The notes under the pieces were generated by a model. The model was given only the letters and a program-made list of their open reading frames with translations, did no database searches and was not told where the DNA came from. Of a DNA stretch of 64,000 nt, positions 59,602 through 64,000 are shown one piece after another; position 1 is the stretch's first letter, and every line of letters starts with the position of its first letter. The stretch is taken from IMG/VR virus record IMGVR_UViG_3300024520_000066, positions 1,745 through 65,744 of that record. One strand, 5' to 3'. The translations under genes and the position numbers were made by a program. This DNA is from a virus (lineage: Duplodnaviria; Caudoviricetes).

Positions 59602-60912
59602 TTAAACTATGAAATCTTTAGATACTGCAAAGCCTGCGCCTTGACGTATCAATATATCTAAGAACTGGTTTACTGTAATTTCAATTAAACCAGCTTTCTT
59701 TTGAGTGATATTATCTACTACCATATCATAGAATCCCCACTCACCAATTAAGACATTAGAGAAATCTCCGAAAATAGCAGCATGTAAATTTGTACCAGAA
59801 CCTTTTGTTAAGTTTCCAGGAACCATTGTATTTGCAGTTGCAGCATAGCTATTAATTGTACCATCTGCAGCCATTAGGTAATTCCAGTTACCAGAACCTG
59901 CATGTGTGGTTTGTTTTAAGAAACCTTTTAAACCTGGTGTGATTAAATAATTCATATTTGCACCACCAGCGTTAGCAGCTAATACAGCAGTTTCCATTTC
60001 TACAAGTTGTGCCCAAGTTGGTGCAATACCATTAGTAGCACCTGTTAAAACATAAACATCTGAATTGTTTAATATACCTTCTGGTTGCCCTGAAGCACCA
60101 GATCCATTTATTACAGCTGTATCAATAGCTATTTCAGTGATTTTTTTAATATCTGCAGCAGTTAAAGCTTCTAAATCTGGTGTAGATTGTAGGATATTTT
60201 GTAAAGAAATTGGCACTGTAGCTGATAATCTTTTAGGGCTCATAGTTTTTGTACCATAAGCAGTTTTAGAAGGGCTTACAGTAGCAATTTCAGTTTCCCA
60301 AGTAGCAGCAATACCACCACCATTAGTAACCATTTTAATATCTCCTGTTAAACCTCTCATGTATCTAGCACCTAAACGCTCTGCAACCGGCATTGGTCTT
60401 AACGCATCAATAATACCACCATAGTTAGTATCTACTAAATTAGCACCATAGTTACCAGAATCTTGTGATACTGTTTGCCCTGCTGCTCTTTTTTCTTTGT
60501 TTGCACCGTTTGGCACAGCAATACCTTCTATAGCTACACCAGCGTTACGCGCTTCTTTTAGCATTTCTTGGTGATATTCTAACTCTACACCTTCTAGATT
60601 ACCATTTGGTAATTGTGAGCGTAATGCTTTATGCAAAGAGTATGATGCAACCATTTTTTGTTGCTCTCTTTTTTCTGAAGTACCTAAGCTTTCGCCAGAT
60701 AAGGAAGCTATACGTAATTCTGCAGCTTCATCAGCTACTGCGTTACGTATTTGATTATCTAAATCTTCAATTTCTGAAGTTAGGGTGTTGAATTTTGAGC
60801 GTTCTTCAGTAGAAAACTCTTTAGTTTCAGAAGCCTTACGTACTTCTAACATTGTTTTTTGAGCTTCGATTTTCTCTGTTTTCGCTGCTCTTAATTCATC
60901 AGATTTTTTCAT
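59602..60912 (-). CDS. major capsid protein, HK97 family
   Basis: Coiled-coil delta domain; MSPKRLSA, GSGASGQPEGILN, IFGDFS motifs. Confidence 0.92.
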   Translation of the reverse strand: MKKSDELRAAKTEKIEAQKTMLEVRKASETKEFSTEERSKFNTLTSEIEDLDNQIRNAVADEAAELRIASLSGESLGTSEKREQQKMVASYSLHKALRSQLPNGNLEGVELEYHQEMLKEARNAGVAIEGIAVPNGANKEKRAAGQTVSQDSGNYGANLVDTNYGGIIDALRPMPVAERLGARYMRGLTGDIKMVTNGGGIAATWETEIATVSPSKTAYGTKTMSPKRLSATVPISLQNILQSTPDLEALTAADIKKITEIAIDTAVINGSGASGQPEGILNNSDVYVLTGATNGIAPTWAQLVEMETAVLAANAGGANMNYLITPGLKGFLKQTTHAGSGNWNYLMAADGTINSYAATANTMVPGNLTKGSGTNLHAAIFGDFSNVLIGEWGFYDMVVDNITQKKAGLIEITVNQFLDILIRQGAGFAVSKDFIV

Positions 60913-60913
60913 T

Positions 60914-61570
60914 TTATTTGTTTTTATTTATTAGGAATTGAGCTTCATAAACATCGAGTGTTTCTGCTCGGTTTTCATTAATTATAATGGCTCGTTTTAC
61001 TTCAATTTCGTTGGTTTTAAAAGCATCTAAACTGCGTTTCGCTACGCTTGTATCTTGGTACGCTGGATAGGTTACTGGCGATACATCGTAAAGGCGTTTT
61101 AGTTTTGTTATTTGGCGTAATGGTAGTTCCCCATCACGCTCAATCCAATTTTGTTCATCTATAGAAAAACCAAATGAAGATTGTGATACGTTGCCTAAGC
61201 GTATGTTTTCTTCTAAGTCTTTTGCATACGATACGTTTGGTGTTTCGTAACGGTATTTTAAACCAGTTTCATCTACAGATAGTTTTAAAGTTCCTGTACC
61301 GTTTACAGATCGTGCTAATACCATATCTGGGTTGTGGTTAAAAAGGCATCTAACATCATCGTTTAAAACACCATCTAAAGCACCTGGTAATATTTCTTCA
61401 CGAAACCAATCGCCTATACTGGTTGTTTTATTAAATTTTAACGCATAACCTTCTATTCCTGAATTTGCATCTGCGCTTCCTTCTGCACGCTCTTGTATTG
61501 CTACTGGTGCTTCAACAAAACGACGTTCTGCACCATCAATTTTTAGTATATAATCTTTTTCTTCAGCCAT
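60914..61570 (-). CDS. HK97-family prohead protease
   Basis: IEGYALKFN, LFNHN, SSFGF, LYDVSPVTYPAY. Confidence 0.93.
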   Translation of the reverse strand: MAEEKDYILKIDGAERRFVEAPVAIQERAEGSADANSGIEGYALKFNKTTSIGDWFREEILPGALDGVLNDDVRCLFNHNPDMVLARSVNGTGTLKLSVDETGLKYRYETPNVSYAKDLEENIRLGNVSQSSFGFSIDEQNWIERDGELPLRQITKLKRLYDVSPVTYPAYQDTSVAKRSLDAFKTNEIEVKRAIIINENRAETLDVYEAQFLINKNK

Positions 61571-61571
61571 T

Positions 61572-62798
61572 TTATTGTTGTGTATTAATTTCTTTTATTT
61601 TAGCATCTATTTGCTCTAAAGTTTGGGTGTTTACAGGTGTAAGCGGCTCATCTAAACCTGTTATATTATTTCTATCTAATAATTGACGTACTTCATTACG
61701 TGTTAAAACCCCTGCAAAAATTAGTTTACTCCAATAATCTGCTTGTGAAACTTTATCGGCACTTAAAAGCGATTCTGTATTATATTTTGTGTAGATGCGT
61801 TTAGCTTTTTCGGATGTAGAAAATAACTTTCGATCGCATTCTTGCTGGAACTTTATAGCCCAAGGTAATATAGAATCGCTTACGTGCTGACGTTCTAAAC
61901 TTTCTGAAATTGAGTTATTTATATCTTTATTGTTTTTTAGTTTTTGAGGGCTTATGTTTAAAAACCTTGCAACCTCATTAATACCATGTTCTGATGCTAA
62001 AAGGAATTGCGCTTCTTGTGGGGTTATTTTTAAGTGCTCAAATTTTGAAGCTTCATCTATAACCGGTACGGTCCATTTAGATTTTTGCGCAAACATTTCT
62101 GATAAGGCTTTACTGTAACGTGCTTTTGCATCTGGATCCATACTTTTAGAGGTGGTTAATACACCTGTACCAACACCTTTACCATCATAATATTCGCTTG
62201 CAAATTCTTGGGATGCTAAACTTACACCTAAGCTTTTTGCTGCGTGTGTAACTACTCCAACACCTACTAAACCATTAAATGAAAACCCTGGAACATGCAA
62301 CACATCATCAGCCGGATAAACAATACCATCTATTTTATAGAATAATTTTTCTGAAGATTTTAATACTTCTACCGGGGTTTTATCTTGGTTTACATATTGT
62401 AATGCTTTTGGTTTTGCTGTTATAGTATTACGTTCTATAATCGCATAAGCGTTACCTTTTAAAATAGCATCTTGAAGCATCATTGTATCATAAACAAAAG
62501 CTGTCATGTACTGGTTTGGCTCTTTATCTATTAAATGTTTAACCGGATGGTTGGATAAGGCTTCTCGACCTTTACCATCTAAAGTTTTTTGATATACGCC
62601 TTTAGGTAGTTTTGCATAATCGTTACAGATTATGGTAATGCCATTATAAAAAGCAGATAATGTTAATACATTATCTTTATTCGCACTGGTGCCAATACCT
62701 TTTAATCCTAATAAGGATTGAAATATATTAACACCACCCGTTACATTTTGGGCGTTTCTTTTTATAAATAATGGTTGCGCTAAGGCTTGCGTTATCAT
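61572..62798 (-). CDS. HK97-family portal protein (ATG 62798 preferred over TTG 62822)
   Basis: EPNQYMTAF, GNAYAII, DVLHV, EAQFL, LTRNEVR motifs. Confidence 0.92.
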   Translation of the reverse strand: MITQALAQPLFIKRNAQNVTGGVNIFQSLLGLKGIGTSANKDNVLTLSAFYNGITIICNDYAKLPKGVYQKTLDGKGREALSNHPVKHLIDKEPNQYMTAFVYDTMMLQDAILKGNAYAIIERNTITAKPKALQYVNQDKTPVEVLKSSEKLFYKIDGIVYPADDVLHVPGFSFNGLVGVGVVTHAAKSLGVSLASQEFASEYYDGKGVGTGVLTTSKSMDPDAKARYSKALSEMFAQKSKWTVPVIDEASKFEHLKITPQEAQFLLASEHGINEVARFLNISPQKLKNNKDINNSISESLERQHVSDSILPWAIKFQQECDRKLFSTSEKAKRIYTKYNTESLLSADKVSQADYWSKLIFAGVLTRNEVRQLLDRNNITGLDEPLTPVNTQTLEQIDAKIKEINTQQ

Positions 62799-62875
62799 AT
62801 CTGTACGTAATGAATTGTACAAATATGAAGCGGTTTAAGGGGTTATTTGTGCCTTTTTGGGGCATTTAATCGATT

Positions 62876-63064
62876 TTAATTTTTATTTATAAAATATTTT
62901 ACTAATAAAAATCCGATTATAAATTGTATTACTATAGCTATATAAATAATTATTTCCCTTACAATTTGTTTTTGCACAATTTGTAGATCTAGAAGCAAGG
63001 AAGTTGCAAACATTAAAAATAAGGTGATTATAATAGTTATTAATAATTTTATATCTGTGTTCAT
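62876..63064 (-). CDS. small two-TM membrane protein
   Basis: 62 aa, hydrophobic. Confidence 0.55.
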   Translation of the reverse strand: MNTDIKLLITIIITLFLMFATSLLLDLQIVQKQIVREIIIYIAIVIQFIIGFLLVKYFINKN

Positions 63065-63324
63065 TTTTTTGGTTTTAGATAGGTTGTTACTTGTTTTCTG
63101 AAGCTATTATAATCTGAATATTTATACTCACTAAATATTGAGAAATGTAATTCATTTACTGCATAAAAACAATCTGTTTGTGTTTTGAAATTAGGTAAAT
63201 TGTTAAAATAAAATTCAAAAAAACCTATTCTGGTGCCTAGTTTTTTTGCTAATTGTAGTTTTTCATTAGCTTGCTTGGTTTCATAATTGCGAGCAAGTTT
63301 TAATTGTTTTTCATGGTTACTCAT
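63061..63324 (-). CDS. hypothetical phage protein
   Basis: 87-aa ORF overlapping the next gene (ATGA). Confidence 0.6.
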   Translation of the reverse strand: MSNHEKQLKLARNYETKQANEKLQLAKKLGTRIGFFEFYFNNLPNFKTQTDCFYAVNELHFSIFSEYKYSDYNSFRKQVTTYLKPKK

Positions 63325-63353
63325 AGGAAAATAATTTTTATGATGGTTTTTAT

Positions 63354-63572
63354 TTACTTAAACGGGCAAATTTCGTTGTTTGGGATTTTTTCAATCATTG
63401 CGTTTAAGTCTTTACGTTTATAATATTTGCCATTAATAAAAAAACCTCTTTGATTATAAGTTAATAATCTAGATTTTTTACAGTCTATTATTTTTTTATC
63501 TTTTGTGATTTTTAAGTGCGGATATTCTTTAAAACGCCAAATAACTTTAAATGTTAAATTTACTTGTTCCAT
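63354..63572 (-). CDS. hypothetical basic protein
   Basis: 72-aa ORF. Confidence 0.55.
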   Translation of the reverse strand: MEQVNLTFKVIWRFKEYPHLKITKDKKIIDCKKSRLLTYNQRGFFINGKYYKRKDLNAMIEKIPNNEICPFK

Positions 63573-63620
63573 GTTGATTTATAGTTTATTAGTTGATTTA
63601 TTAGTGAATATATAGACTTG

Positions 63621-63881
63621 TTAGCCACAATTAAAATTTATTACAGCTTCTAGTATTTTAATACGTTTTTCACATTGTTTATAATCTCTGTTATTCTTGC
63701 AATTTTCTTTTTGCGTTTCTAGTTTTTTGAGTTCTTCCATTATTTCGTTTGCATCTTTATTGTTTATTGCTGTGCAAATTTCTTCGTGCAAATAAAGGAG
63801 GTTGTTTAAGTTCAGTTTAAAAATAAATTCGTGTTTCATATCCATAAATTTTAACAGATGGCTAACACTGTGTAAAAACAA
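63621..63881 (-). CDS. hypothetical protein, start uncertain
   Basis: ORF with coiled-coil-like C-terminus. Confidence 0.45.
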   Translation of the reverse strand: MFLHSVSHLLKFMDMKHEFIFKLNLNNLLYLHEEICTAINNKDANEIMEELKKLETQKENCKNNRDYKQCEKRIKILEAVINFNCG

Positions 63882-64000
63882 AAGCTTTTAAGTGCTTTGC
63901 TATTGTTGGGTTAATATTTGTTTAATTTTGTTCTAATTTCTAAACTATTAGTTTAGTTATACGCTTCAATTTTTACACGTTCACGTTGTGGTAAACTTTT

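Noticed and set aside
6791-61686. Many 60-160 aa + strand ORFs (for example 58027-58506, 49339-49680, 30689-30997)
   Set aside because: They lie antisense to well-supported genes and have no recognisable motifs; shadow ORFs.
1-64000. CRISPR array, rRNA, intron or intein
   Set aside because: No repeat-spacer periodicity, rRNA-like sequence, interrupted gene or intein motif was seen; a computational scan could still find small elements.

Overview
Entirely phage DNA, AT-rich, with Bacteroidetes/Flavobacteriaceae-type expression signals. It holds two different virion gene sets. (1) About 1-41.3 kb is a crAss-like (Crassvirales, phi14:2-type) podovirus segment. It has the end of a + strand module (PD-(D/E)XK nuclease, DnaA-C-like HTH), then a - strand virion module: scaffold-like protein, major capsid, ring/tail proteins, IHF-like protein, muzzle, ejected cargo proteins and a 2127-aa virion RNA polymerase with the DFDIDK motif. 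(2) About 50-64 kb is an HK97/lambda-type siphovirus head-tail operon: portal, prohead protease, capsid, connectors, tail tube, tail chaperone with a GGGAAAG -1 frameshift, tape measure and tail tip. Between them lie lysis-like genes and four fibre/depolymerase-like genes with signal peptides. Best finding: an initiator (fMet)-type tRNA with anticodon CCU instead of CAU lies 130 nt upstream of the tape measure gene, whose apparent start codon is AGG instead of ATG. This suggests a phage-encoded orthogonal start-codon/initiator-tRNA pair. Second finding: the three giant ejected proteins have cysteines only at their adjoining termini, suggesting a head-to-tail linked chain. All product calls come from motif recognition and synteny; no database searches were run.
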